DNA of 64,000 nucleotides from Selaginella moellendorffii (taxonomy: Eukaryota; Plantae; Lycopodiophyta): positions 1,255,879 to 1,319,878 of the forward strand of contig NW_003314313.1 of assembly GCF_000143415.4 (NCBI RefSeq). The letters run 5' to 3'. This document shows, piece by piece, positions 24,089 through 37,500 of the stretch. Under the pieces are notes generated by a model. It was not told the origin of the DNA. It did no database searches and saw only the letters and a program-made list of their open reading frames with translations. Every line of letters starts with the position of its first letter. Positions within the stretch are counted from its first letter, which is position 1. Position numbers and translations under genes: made by a program.

Positions 24089-25609
24089 CTCCCAGCAATC
24101 CGCCTCTATCCTTCGCTAGAACTGAGGAAGAGGCTCCGATACCAAATTGTAAGCCACAAATTTTTCCTTTCCAATTTGCCAGCTTACCTCGCCTATCCGA
24201 CCAACTCTGCCTTGGCTTGTGCTAAGTTCCCTCGCCAAGGTTCTCGCCTATGGTGCCAGCTCCTACTTGGTTTCAGCTACTTACTGCACAAGCAACGGAG
24301 TGTTAGCCATCCATCTACGGATTCCCAAATCTCTCCCAATCCCCCTCCCCGGGTTAGACTGGACTTAAGGTTCGGCTACACTCCCCGCAGGCACAAGCAG
24401 CCAAGCACACCAAGCCTCCAGATTCCTAACACCCCAAGGTACCACAAGGCTTGATCATGGGACCCTCTAAATCCCAAGCCTTGGGTGCAGCACTTGCTTC
24501 GGGACGTCGGGGCGAAACACCGTGGCCTAACGACCCGGTATGGGTACCTCTACCCCCCCACTTCCATCCCGAAGGAAAGGCCCAAGCTCCCGGAAGGGCG
24601 AGGACCAATGAGCCACAAGGTACTCAAGTGGGGCACCACTCCACCTGAGCCGGGAGCACCGCAGTCGGTTTCCCTTTCGGGAGTGGGAGCTGCTCTTGAG
24701 CACTTCCTTGGATGGCCCCTCCGGCACCAGCCAAGTCCATGCTCACTCCCACCCAAGGCCCCTCGGTCCCAGTCCCAACCTCAAGTCGGTTTGGAAGCCC
24801 AACTGGAGAGTCCCTTCTAAACTGGTTCCTGGACCTCCCTATCCCTACTATACTTTTGGAACCCCCTGCAGCCCCCCCCCCCCCTGGGAGACGCACGCTT
24901 TGGGCTTTCACCCCTTGACCCATATTAGTATTTAGACTTAGTCTCTGGCTCGATCTCGGACCCGATTTCGGATCCGACTTCGGATTTGGTTTCGGACTCG
25001 ATCTCGGACTCGATCTCGGACCCGATCTCGGATTCGAACTCGGTCCCCGAGTCGGTCTTGGACTCGATTCCGAACCCTATCTCGAACTCGGTCCTAGAGT
25101 CGGTCTTGGACTCGATCCTCGACTTGGTCCCATCCGATGAACTCTTTGTCATTTCGGTCAAGCTTTTGGGGATCCTTTAGCCTACGACATCTCGGGGAGT
25201 CGGTTCCTTACACTAAGGTAGCATTTTTGTGCTTACTCTCGGTGAAGAGTGACAAAAAGACAGGAACGGAAGAAGTACCTTTAGTGATCCAGCGGGTGTT
25301 GGATCAATTCCAGGATACCATGCCGGAAGAGTTACCGGCAGGGTTGCCCCCCTCACGACCGATAGAACATAAGATTGAGCTGGTCGAGGGTGCTGAGGTG
25401 GTGGTTTGTCCCCCCTATCGTTTGAATGAAAAAGAACTCAAGGAGCTCAAGTGCCAACTAGAGGAGTTGGTGGACAAAGGGTATGTTAGGTTAAGCAAGT
25501 CGCCGTATGGGGCGCCGGTGTTATTTGTGAAAAAGAAAGATGGATCTATGCGCATGTGCATAGACTACCGATTGCTCAATAAGTATACAAAGAAGAACAA
25601 GTACCCTTT

Positions 25610-25771
25610 TGTAGTGCATGTGATCATGGGATAAGATTTGGATATACTGTCACCGTGGATCCTTGGAATCTTGGGAGATAAATGGGGATAAAATAGCCAC
25701 TAAAGGCTCTCTCATTAAGCAATTGCCCCTTTTCCAGTTGGCTTAAGGGGAGAGAGATAAGGTGCGCTACA
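25610..25771 (+). mobile_element. 162-bp solo LTR of TRIM family C inserted in B2 RT
   Basis: TGTAG...CTACA with TSD CCTTT at 25605-25609 and 25772-25776; splits KYP|LPRI; reverse-complement homologue of 39969-40130. Confidence 0.92.
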
Positions 25772-27331
25772 CCTTTGCCAAGGATTGAGGGCTTGTTCGA
25801 TAGGTTGGGAAAGGCAAAATACTTCTCGAGGATTGACCTAAGGTCAGGATACTACTAGATCAGGGTAGCCAAGGAAGATGTCGAGAAGACAACCTGTCGA
25901 ATGAGGTATGGGAGCTTTGAGTTTCTGGTGATGCCCTTCGGGCTATGTAATGCGCCGGCAACGTTTTCGGTGCTGATGAACCACATCTTTGTACCCTATT
26001 TGGATCACTTCATGGTCATCTATATCGACGACATCCTGATCTATAGAGAGACGCTAGAGGAGCATGCTGAACACTTGGTGAAGGTGTTTGAGAAACTAAA
26101 GGAACACAAACTATATGCCTAAAAGAGCAAATGTGACTTTGCTCAACAAGAGGTAAAGTTTCTCGAGCATGTGATGGGCCAGGACGGGCTCAAGGTGGAA
26201 CCAGAGAAGGTCCAAGCGATCTAGGAATGGGAGCGACCATTGAATGTACATGAGTTGAGGGCATTCTTGGGGCTATACAACTACGACCGAAATTTTATCA
26301 GACACTATTTGAGAGTAGCCCTGCCCTTAACGGACCAAACAGGAAAAGGGAAGATGGTATGGACAGCGAAATGCGAGGCAGCATTTGTCCACCTCAAAGG
26401 GAAGTTGAGGAAGGCTCCCATGTTGGCATTACCAGACTTTGGTAAGGACTTTGAGGTAGAAACAGATGCTTCAGACTTTGCGGTTTACCGGTTTTAGAAC
26501 CCTAAACCCTAAACCCTAAACCCGAGTTTGATTGCAAGGTTCTGTACAAGCCTGGGAAGAGCAACATTGTGGCAGATGCGCTAAGTTGAAAAGCGAGCTT
26601 GAAGTTAGCAATATCCAGCGTGACAAAAACCTTTTGGGATGATGTGCGGACAGCATATGAGAACGATGGTCTAGAACATGAAGTGTTGCTGAGGAATCTA
26701 GAGGCACGAGAAGCTCACTAGAGAGGTGAGCTGCCAACGGAAGAGAAAATGAGCTATGTGAAACGCAATGGACTTATCTATTACAAGCAAACAAGGGTGT
26801 ACGTTCCAGAAGGGGAACTAAGGACGGTAGCCTTAGAAGAGTGTCATGATGGACCTTTTGCGGGACACGGCGGAGTGCCCAAGACGATGGGCTTACTCAA
26901 GAGGAAGTATCACTGGCCAGATATGGCTAAGGATGTCCAAGACTATGTAAAGACAAGTCCAACATGTCAGCAGGTAAAAGCCGTGACAAAGGCTAGTGGG
27001 GGCTTGTTGCAAAGCATCCCAATTCCAAATCGTCCGTGGAAATGTCTTACGATGGACTTCATCACGGGACTCCCCCCAAGTGAGGGGTTTGATGCGATAT
27101 TTGTGGTGGTGGACCGATTTTTGAAGATGGCACATTTCATACCCACCACAACGGAAGTGGATGCGGAAGGTGTGGCAAAGCTGTTCTTCGAACAAGTGGT
27201 TCGAGTGCGGGGAAGGCCAGAAGAGATTATCTCAGATCGAGATAAGATCTTCACTAGTAGGTTTTGGAGAACTCTCCTAGAACAGTATTGCACTAAGTTG
27301 AAATTCAGCACAACCTACCACCCACAGACAG

Positions 27332-27378
27332 GTATAGGGTATTAAGTCAAGTTGGATGGCACTAACACTTCTTGACAG
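27332..27378 (+). other. Integrase intron 1, B2 copy (47 nt)
   Basis: GTATAG...CTAAC...TTGACAG at the same codon position as in B1. Confidence 0.85.
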
Positions 27379-27796
27379 ACGGATAAACAGAAAGGGTGAA
27401 TAGGCAATTGGAGGATTATTTGCGATGCTATGTCTCGGGAGACTAGACCGATTGGGTAAGTCATTTGGGACTTGCGGAAATGTGTTATAACAACTCACCA
27501 CATTCGAGTATCGGGGTGAGTCCATGGGAAGTCATCAATGGGCGAGCTATTGAATGTCCTGTGGAACTCGGCGTGGCCAAGTATCATGGAGAGTTACCCG
27601 CAGTGGAGGCATTCACGGTGGAAAGACTTTACATCTGGAATCTAGTGAGGGATTCCTTGGAACGAGCTCAACAAAGGCAAACCAAGTACGCGAACCAGAA
27701 GCATTGGGATGTAGAGTTCCAAGCTGGGGAGAAGGTGTGGCTGAACACCAAGAACCTTAGGCTACCAAGTGGGATCAGCCGAAAGTTGACCCAAAG

Positions 27797-27848
27797 GTAA
27801 AAATGCATGTATTCCTATAAATGAAGTGATCTTGAGTTCCTTAAGCAG
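27797..27848 (+). other. Integrase intron 2, B2 copy (52 nt)
   Basis: GTAAAA...TTAAGCAG at the same position as in B1. Confidence 0.85.
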
Positions 27849-29636
27849 GTTCGTGGGGCCTTACGAGATTGAGGCACGAATCGGTAAGTGGCTTACTGTC
27901 TCCGACTTCCTCGAGAGATGGGGAAGATGCACCCAGTGTTCCATGTGAACTTACTCAAGCCGTACTTTGAGGATCCACTTCACAAGGACCAAGTAAGACC
28001 TTTACCTGAGGTTATCCAAGGGGAAGAGGAATACGAAGTCGAGGCCATCCTCAATGCGCGCAAGAGCAAGCGACAAGGATGCGAGGTGAGAGAGTTCCAT
28101 GTGAAGTGGAAAGGATTTCCACACTGCAAAGCAATATGGGAACCGGAGGAGAACCTAGCGAACGCGCAAGATCTAGTGGGGGAATTTCTGCAAGGCAAAA
28201 CTCTATGTACTTATGCAAAGTTCAATTAAAATATCAATTTGTGAAGTTGAGTAATGGCATATGTTGGGACCCGAAGGCGCGCCGAAGGTAAGCTAATTAG
28301 CATGGGTTGGCTAGGTCGACCAGGCGTAGGGCACTACGCCCGACTCCCCACGGGGATTAGGGTTTAGGGTTTATCCATAGACGTATTCTACGGAGGTTGG
28401 GTTCGAGTCCCAACCCCCTAGTAAAGCAAGGCTGGGTTCAAGTCCCGACCCCATACTAGGGCGTGGTGAGGTGAGGGGTATAGGGACATGTATATTCCGT
28501 TGTTATGGGCTCTTGGCCGGGGAGGCTAACTTAGGAACACCGCTAAGTGGGGGGATGCCCTTGGAGACATGGTGACCAAGTCGTAGGATAAAAAGAGACG
28601 TTCAATGTGGGCATCGAACTTCTTCTATGGGTGGTGGAGTTGTAAGGAACCGACTCCCCGAGATGCTGTAGGCTAAAGGATCCCCAAAAGCATGACCGAA
28701 ATGACAAAGAGTTCATCGGATGGGACCGAGTCGAAGATCGAGTCCAAGACCGACTCTGAGACCGAGTTCGAGATAGAGTCCGGGATCGAGTCCGAGGCTG
28801 AATCGGAGACCGAGTTCAAGACCGAGTTCGAGACCGAGCTCGAGACAGAGTCCGAGATCCAAATCGGGTCTGAGACCGAGTCCGAGGTTGACTCCGAAGT
28901 CGAGTCCGAGATCGGGTCCGAGATCGAGCCCGAGATCGAGTCTGAGACCGAGTCCGAAGTCAGGTCCAAGATCGAGTCCGAGATCGAATCTGAGGGTTCC
29001 AAAAGTATAGTAGGGATAGTGAGGTCTAGGAACCAGTCTTGAAGGAACTCTCCAGTGGTGCTTCCAAACTGACTTGAGGTTGAGATTGGGGTCGAGGGTC
29101 CTTGGGTGGGAGTGAGCATGGGCTTGGGTGTTGCCGGAGGGGCCACCCAGGGAAGTGCTCAAGAGCAGCTCCCACTCTCGAAAGGGAAACCGACTGCAGT
29201 GCTCCCGGCTCATGTGGAGTGGTGCCCCACTTGAGTACCTTGTGGCTCATTGGTCCTTGCCCTTCCCAAGGGCTTGGGCCTTCCCTTCGGGATGGAAGTG
29301 GGGGGGTAGAGGTACCTATACCGGGCTGTGTTTCGCCCCGATGTCCCGGCGCAAGTTCTGCACCTAAGGCTTGGGATTTAGAGGGTCCCATGATCAAGTC
29401 TTGTTGTACCAAGGGGTGTTAGGAACCTGGAGGCTTGGTGTGCTTGGCTGCTTGTGCCTGTGGGGAGTGTAGCCGAACCTTAAGTCCAGTCTAACCCGGG
29501 GACGGGGATTGGGATGGATTTGGGTTGGTACAATAGGCGAGAACCTTGGCGAGGGAACTTAGCACAAGCCAAGGCAGTGTTGGTCAGATAGACGAGGTAA
29601 GCTGGCAAATTGGAAAGGAAAAATTTGTGGCTTACA

Positions 29637-30329
29637 GAACCAATCTTGAAGGAACTCTTCAGTGGTGCTTCCAAACTGGCTTGAGGTTGAGATTAGGGCT
29701 AAGGGGCCTTAGCTGGGAGTGAGCATGGACTTGAGTGGTGCCAGAGGGGCCACCCAAGGAAGTGCTCAAGAGCAGCTCCCACTCCCGAAAGGGAAACTAA
29801 TTGCAGTTCTCCCGGCTCATGTGGAGTGGTGCCCCATTTGAGTACCTTGTGACTCATTGGTCCTTGCCCTTCCTAGGGGCTTGTGTCTTCCCTTTGGGAT
29901 AGAAGTGGCGTAGAGGTACCCATACCGGGCCGTTAGGCCACGGTGTTTTACCCCGGCGTCCCGAAGCAAGTGTTGCACTTAAGGCTTGGGATTTATAGGG
30001 TCCCATGATCAAGTCTTGTTGTACCAAGGGATGTTAGGAACCTAGAGGCCTTGTGTGCTTGGCTACTTGTGCTTGCGGCTAGTGTAGTCGAACCTTAAAT
30101 CCAGTCTAACCCAGGGAGGGGGATTGGGAGAGATTTGGGAATCCATGGATGGATGGATGGCTAATGCTCCGTTGCTCGTGTAGTGAGTAGCTGAAACTAA
30201 GTAGGACCAAGTAGGAGCTGGTACAATAGGTGGGAACCTTGGCGAGGGAACTTAGCAAAAGCCAAGGTAGTGTCAGTCGGATAGATGAGGTAAGCTGGCA
30301 AATTGGAAAGGAAAAATTTATGGCTTACA
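29637..30329 (+). mobile_element. 3' portion of an older family B LTR (probable insertion target of B2)
   Basis: Repeats the LTR sequence from about 29030 to the end motif ggcttaca, and is more diverged. Confidence 0.8.
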
Positions 30330-31189
30330 GATAGTTGCAAAATCTTTAGAAATGGAGCTTTTTGCCAAGATCTATGCAATCTTACTTGCCTTGACACGTG
30401 AAAAAGACAGTAGTGGTCAAGGATTGGTGGAGCTGGATGTCACTTTAGGGGTGACTTGGAGCAGCTGGGACTTCAAAAAGTTCCCAGCATTCTAGATTCT
30501 CTTTGGAAGACCATGCATGGTTTCTCACTTTGAGGATGATTGGGAAGGGAGGATTTTTGGATTTAGTAGCAGAGACTGTTACCACAATTGGGACCAGTGG
30601 TAAATGGAGTCGATTTGGCATTACACGTGTAAGGGATCCATACATCTCTTCTCTAATTCCTGTTTTGGAACTTTGCTCCCTTAGGAGGAGGTTCGTGCCC
30701 TTTCTCTAGTCTCTATTGTAGGGCTAGGACTCTAGTGAAGATGAGCTACTACACTTGTCTTGTGTGGGAGGCAAGGTAGCACACTTCGGCCTTAAGGTTG
30801 AGGAAGTTCACACCTTTCATGGAGCTATGTGTTGGAGTACTATCACAATTGGACGTTGTTTTGGCACCAGAGGCATGTTGGTGGTGGAGCACTATATGGC
30901 AAGTCTTACAGGTCATACAGTGTAGTAGGTGGCTTCAAACTTTGCGGTGGAGTCACCTAAGAGGTGGACGGCCCAAAAGTAGCACCAGATGTTTGTGCTC
31001 GTAGCTTTGCTAGTTTCTCTGAGAGTGCACTCTCAATGTTGTTTTGATCCCTTTAGGACTAGGGTAATGTACACATATGTTTACTGAACAAAGTGCTCAA
31101 GGAATGAGCACAAAGAAATTAGTGAATGAGTCTCTAAAAAGGGACATAAGAAGGATTAATACATGGCAAGTGTCATGACCCATATCAGT

Positions 31190-31353
31190 GTCGAGATCAA
31201 GTCAGAAAAGGAGTTTGACATGGAGTCTAAGAAGGAATCTAAAATGGAGTCTAAGATGGAGTTCCAAAAGGAATCTAATATAAAGTCCGAGAAGGAGTTT
31301 GAGATTGAGTCCAAGAAGGAATCCAAGATGGAGTTCGACAAGGAGTCTGAGAT
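31190..31353. repeat. Degenerate LTR-type 12-bp minisatellite, continued at 40131-40304 (target of TRIM C)
   Basis: Decayed gagtccaagatg-like units on both sides of the TRIM. Confidence 0.65.
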
Positions 31354-31575
31354 TGTAGCACACCTTATCTCTCTCCCCTTAAGCCAACTGGACAAGGGGC
31401 AATTGCTTGATGAGAGAGCCCTTAGTGGCTATTTTATCCCCATTTATCCCTCAAAGTTCCAAGGATCGTAATCATGTGCTACACTCATGTTGACTATTGA
31501 CTAACAACCCTTACTGAGCCAAGGGGAACTAACACCTCCATTTCCGCACTGAATCTACCAATTCTAGCACTCATG

Positions 31576-34500
31576 TGTGAGACACAAAATCCCTAGGCCC
31601 CAAAGTGGAGCTGGAAAGGGTGCCACGTGGTAGTGGCTGAAGCGAAAGCCAAACGAGCGTGACCCGTTTGGACTAAAAGCTCCGACTTGGAAGGTCGAGA
31701 GCGGGAGTGGAACTCCCAACAAAGTGCTTGAGGAACAAGCACAAAGCGAGCAATAAGCGAGGCTCCAAAAAGGGACCCAAAAGGACCAACACATGACACG
31801 TGGAAGTGTCCGAGATGGGGTCCGAGATGGACCAAGACGGAGTCTGAGATGGAGTCCGAGGTGGAGTCCGAGATGGAGTCCGAGATGGAGTCCAAAGTGG
31901 AGTCCGAGATGGAGTCCAAGATGGAGTTCGAGATGGACCGAGATGGAGTCCAAGATGGAGTCCGAAGTGGAGTCCGAGATGGAGTCCGAAGTGGAGTCCG
32001 AGATGGAGTCCGAGATGGAGTCCGAGATGGAGTCCGAAGTGGAGTCTGAGATGGAGTCCGAAGTGGAGTCCGAGATGGAGTCCGAGATGGAGTCCGAAGT
32101 GGAGTCCGAGATGGAGTCCGAAGTGGAGTCCAAGATGGAGTTCGAGATGGACCGAGATGGAGTCCGAGATGGAGTCCGAAGTGGAGTCTGAGATGGAGTC
32201 CGAAGTGGAGTCCGAGATGGAGTCCGAGATGGAGTCCGAGATGGAGTCCGAGATGGAGTCCGAAGTGGAGTCCGAGATGGAGTCCGAGATGGACCGAGAC
32301 GGAGTCCGAGATGGAGTCCAAGATGGACCGAGATTGAGTCCGAGATGGAGTCCGAGGTGGAGTCCGAGATGGAGTCCGAGATGGAGTCCGAAGTGGAGTC
32401 CGAGATGGAGTCCGAGATGGACCGAGATGGAGTCTGAGATGGACCCGAGATGGAGTCTGAGAAGGACCCGAGATGGAGTCTGAGGTCGAGACTGAGACCG
32501 GGACCGAGACCGAGACCGAGACAGAGACCGACACCGAGACCAAGACCGGGACCGAGACCGAGACCGAGACCGAGCCGGAGGCCGAGACCGAGCCCGAGTC
32601 CAAGTCCGAGTCCGAGTCCGAGTCCGAGTCCGAGTCCGAGTTCGAGTCCGAGTTTGAGTCTGAGAGGGTGAAAGCCCAAAGCGTTCGTCTCCCAGACCCT
32701 GGGGGGTTTGGTGAGCTCCAAAAGTATAGTAAGGGGAAGGACTGCAGTGGAGCCAGTTTGGCCCAGGAAGGCCAGACCCAGTGTTGGGTGATGAACTGAC
32801 CACTGGGAAGTTCAAGACTAGAGTGAATACGGACCGACAAGCGGGGTAGCTTGGTGAAGTGTTCAAGAGCCGGCTCTAGTTCCCCCGGGAGATTGACTGG
32901 CCGATGCTCCCAGTCCAAGTGTGGGTGGCACTACCTACTTGGATACCAGGCGTGGCTCAATGAAACCTCGCTCTAAGCATGGGCTTAGAGCACCTAAAGG
33001 CGAAAGGTGGGGAGAGTACCCAGATGGCTCGCGTAAGGCCATGGTGTTCCGAAATGTTATCCCAAAGGCCCAGACTGTGGAAAGGAAGAGGAGTAGTCCT
33101 CTGGGGTAGTGACCAAGGACACAGTCGTGTGGTGAGGAAGTCCCAGAGGACCGTGGGACTTAGTGGTCGGGCCTGTGGGCCTCGATCCAGTGGTAGTGTT
33201 GGTGAACATGACCATGGATAGTAAAGGGACTTGGTGGGGACCAGAAAAGGGACATTGGGGGAAGGCTATTCGCCATGTCTGTCAGTCTTTGAGGGACGGG
33301 ACTGTGATGGAGGTGGTGTCAGACCACCGGTGTGACCAAGGTGAATGGGCATGGCCTTAGTGTAACGGGCTGATATGTTGGTGGTACCTTGGAGTGTCGG
33401 TCATGGGATCGGTCACGTGGAGCACTTGGACCAAGTGCAAAGGTTGGGTGGCGGGGATGCCATTCTCGGGGCTAGCAAGCCCAAGTTTGAAATAGGACTT
33501 ATGGAGGTTGTGAGTGAGACTCCTCCAATTGGTCAGAGGTGTGGTTAAGTGACTAAAGTAGAATGGAAAAATTAGTCACTTACAACTTGGTATCGGAGCT
33601 GTTCCTTAGTCCGACTTTTATTAGTGCTCAAGTATATCACCATTGATGTTGGCATTGGAAGGTCCTAGGAGTGGGCCTATCCTTGAGGAGTAGCATGTCG
33701 AGAGGACATGGCTCTCCACTCAAGTTCATGCGTGAACTTGGGCACGATGTGGTGGATAAAAATGGGCCAATAATAAAACGACTTTGGGATCTTGGGAACA
33801 GTATAAGGTTTCCTCAGAGAGCTGAGGATGTGATCCAGATGAGCGTTTGACGCAACAAACGGGCTAACATAGTTGTGGTAAACAACTATAATTGGGATCA
33901 TGGGAAAGATGTAGACTCCAAAATAATAAATGAGTCACAAGATTACCGTCATATAGTTGAGGCTAGTGCTCATAACTTTGAGACTGGAATTGATGACCAT
34001 GGGAGGTCAAATATAGGAGAGGACACAAGTCCTCGAAATGGTAGCTGAGGTTACCCTTGATAAATACTGGAACAACCCAAGGAGTTAGGGATGTACTTAG
34101 AGGATGAGTTGGTATTCTCATCACATGGACAAGTGGTCCTAAGAGGCAAAAGGTTGCCCCAAGAGAACAAATCAAGTGTCGGAGTAACACTTGCAAAGAT
34201 GGTCCTTGTGAGTAGGACCTGAATACAAGAAGTTGTATTCCAGTGAGCTGGCACCTCAAAGGTAAGACCTCATGGGTCGTCGGATGACAAAGTCCAAAAA
34301 GCTGGATGACTCCAATAGAGTCAAGGAATAATCCTAAAAGATTGATGGAAGCATTTGGACTGAGGTGTGTGGTACCCCACGAAGGATGGGGAGGATCATA
34401 GGATCCAAGGATGAGAACAGAGGGTATCTCATCGATGGCAAAATGTGCCATGCTAAAGTCGTGGGAAGGGTGTTCCCAAAAGAAAAAAAAACTTTGAAAC

Positions 34501-37500
34501 AAAGTTGTGTGTGACCTCTATGGTGCAGTGCTAACGGATGGTTGGCATGAGAAAGAGTGGTATTAGTCCTTGCAAAGACTTAGACACAAAGAAGAAGTGT
34601 CATAGAGGTAGACTCGTGGAGCCGATGGTGTGGAGACACCAAATGTGCCAAGGTGTGATACCTTAAGGCTATGTTGGTGGGTTCATGAGAACCCCTTGCC
34701 AAAGGAATCCCAATGGAAATGGGAATGGCATAGCCTAAGTTGCAGAGCATGCAGTTGGAGTGTGGTGACCCAGATAATGATGGAGATGTGGAAGCACCAG
34801 CAATGAGTTGTAGGACTTGACAACTATGAGGCAACTAAGCAAGAGGTACAAAATAATTAGTTAAACGGGTAGAAGGTAGCTATCCAAGCCTTGTTAATTG
34901 CATAAGGAAGTTGGATATACCCTTACGGGGGATAAGTTGCTTATATTGCCATATAGTAAGTCAATGTCATGAAAGGAAATACTCATTGTCAAGGAAGCCG
35001 TCATTGGGACACCCAAACACTTTAGAACACCAGGAGGTGGTGTTTGATGTAGCGAGGGCAATAGATAAGGCCCAAGGGACTAAGTCCCTAGCGAATGATG
35101 GATAGAAGGTGCTATCTAAATGTCCAAAGTGGCGGAGATGGGAGAAGACTGTCTACCCGAATTGGACAAAGCCAAAAATGGAATTTTGGGAAAGCTAGTG
35201 ATGGGCATGTAAGGGCCCATAAGCAACAACGTTAATCCCGGTGTGTGGGATTATAAGGTGATCATACCTGGATTGAGGAACCACTCCCTAAGCTGTTGGG
35301 TAGGTTCATCCCCAAGAATACTTGCTAAGGCATGGTAGAAAGTGCAAAGCTATCCTCCTAGTTTGGAGGTGAATAACCGAAGGAAAGGTGTGAAGCCAAA
35401 AACAAGAAGTAAGGGCGTAGAGCCGAACCATAGGAATCGAAGGGCATAACCAAGGTTGGTTATGCCAGCTGGGAGTGGAGAATCAAGTGGGGGCTCGAGG
35501 GTGTTGCCGCTAGCAACTGTGATCCCATGGAGAGTCTAAAATATGGAATTGTCCATGTTAGACTATATGGTAATTGGAAAGCTTACAAATAGGGAGGCCT
35601 TAGCAAGCTAAAGGACAGAGTTCCTTTAAGGTTCCCAAAGATGATTCTAGGTAGCTTAGTACCTAGAAAGGCCAAGTGTAAATGGTTCAAGGAATGCGCG
35701 AAATTAGAGTGGCGCAGCAGAAGCATGGTCTTGAAACTTGCCATGAGGCAAGGCTATCAAGGTTAGGGAAGTAGTTCCCGAGTGTTCAAAGAGAGGGCTT
35801 TGAATGAAAGTCGATGGTCAAGGACTTCCACGCTTATGCAGGAACCATGTTACAGTGGCCGGAAGACTTGCCAAGTGAGATTGGCAAGTCGGGGGAACAA
35901 ATACCCTAGTTGAAGGTGATAACTTCAAAAAGGGTGGGCCATGGGGCCAAGCATGGAGGAGTCCATGCATGATCACAGACTTGTCAAGTGAAAGGACTTG
36001 GCAGTGTGGAGGAACTAGGTTCCTAAGCTGTGATCTGTAGCGCGCTTTAAGTATAAGTTGGTGCACCGGCGTGATGAGTCATGCCAGGCATCTAGGGTGA
36101 TGCCATCTGTAGATGCATATACGGAGGTTGGGTTCGAGTCCCGACCCTCTAGTGCTTGGGTTCGAGTCCCAAATCGCTAGGGCGTGGTGATGGTTTGGAA
36201 TATGAGGGCACTCATATTTCGGTGGTCATGGACTCTCAATGAGGAGATTGGCTTGGGCACACCGCCAAGCGGGGGATGCCCCAGAGTCGTGATACACGGT
36301 TAGATTGCTTAGAGTGAAAGCTCGGCATATCTAACTTGAACACTTTAGTGCAAAAGGCACCAAGGATGTGGTGAATGAGAAGGGGACACCCAGTCTTAGT
36401 TGCTATAGATCCTTGGCCGGAAGGGCTAGCTTGGGCGCACTGCCAAGTGTGGGGGATGCCCCCGGGGTCATAGTCAACAACTTAGTAAGGTCTGGAAGAT
36501 CTAATTTCTATTGGTAGACCTATTAAGGGGTCAAGATGAGATCACTAGGTGATCTTATGGCTAAACAAGGACAAGGTCTTTATTTGGGTTAAGGAATATG
36601 ATTCCTAGTTCAAAGTGTTGATTTGAACTATTGATAAAGGTGTGGCTTGGTCAAGGTCACTAAGTGGGAAGGACACCTAAGGGAAATGAACTACTACAAT
36701 ACAATGGTATTATGAGTTTAAGAAAATAGTCTCCAGAGAAAGGCCTATGGGTGGGTCACAAGGTTGGGCTAGGAAGAGAGCCTAGAACAGTTGGGGAGAC
36801 TTACTAGGGGTGAACACCCTAGTCTGGGCAAAGCAGATCCTTTGCTATGGAACCAAAAGAATACCTCAAGGAGGGAGGTAATGATCCTATGTTGCTTGGT
36901 GCAACAATCCAAGGATAGGAGCAAAAGATGAGTGCCCAAGATAGGGCCGTGGAACCCATTGGAAAGAATCCAAGAGGCAAAGTTAGCCAAGGAACACTAA
37001 TGTGGTTGATGCTAACGGATAGCGGAAAAAGAAGTGGACTTCCAAGGATGGATTCCCAAGTGCTCCAAGTTGGCAAAGGAAAGGCTCCAAGTGAGGGAGC
37101 AACTAAGTAGCCAAAAGATAGGGCCGTGGACAACCCTAGCACAAATAATGATAAATGGAACGTAATGCCAATGGGGGCACAAAAATAGAAAAGAGGATGA
37201 GGGTGCCCTCGAGTAGAGAACTTCCTAGGAGGGGAAGTGGAGTTGCACAAAATGTGCAAGGCAAGGTGTTGGAGACACCTAGGAAATTGACTTCAAGAAG
37301 TCAAAAGTAAACGTTCCAAAGTGCAAAGGTAGATCAATGGAATCTGTGACTACTCAAGAATGAGTAGTGGAATTGAGTTAGAGAGGGTGTCTCTAACGGG
37401 TTTAGCGAGAACTAAACCAATAAACGGAAAGAACCACCACAAGTGGTCCAATCAGTCTCTAAGTTGGAGAGACTATCCTCCTTAGAGGATGGACAAGGCA

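Larger units (their letters stand above)
18765..25212 (-). mobile_element. Chromovirus Ty3/Gypsy element B1 with both LTRs
   Basis: LTRs 18765-19828 and 24148-25212, near identical; TSD CTAAG at 18760-18764 and 25213-25217; PBS 24133-24144; PPT 19829-19842. Confidence 0.95.
18163..29636 (+). mobile_element. Decayed, 5'-truncated chromovirus Ty3/Gypsy element B2 (host of B1 and a solo LTR)
   Basis: End of gag and protease (ILTDTGAS) at 18163-18764; resumes at 25218 with RT (YIDD), RNase H, integrase and chromodomain carrying many stops; PPT to 28640; 3' LTR 28641-29636. Confidence 0.9.

Noticed and set aside
30330-31150. Possible gene or retroelement relic
   Set aside because: Only short ORFs with no recognisable motif.
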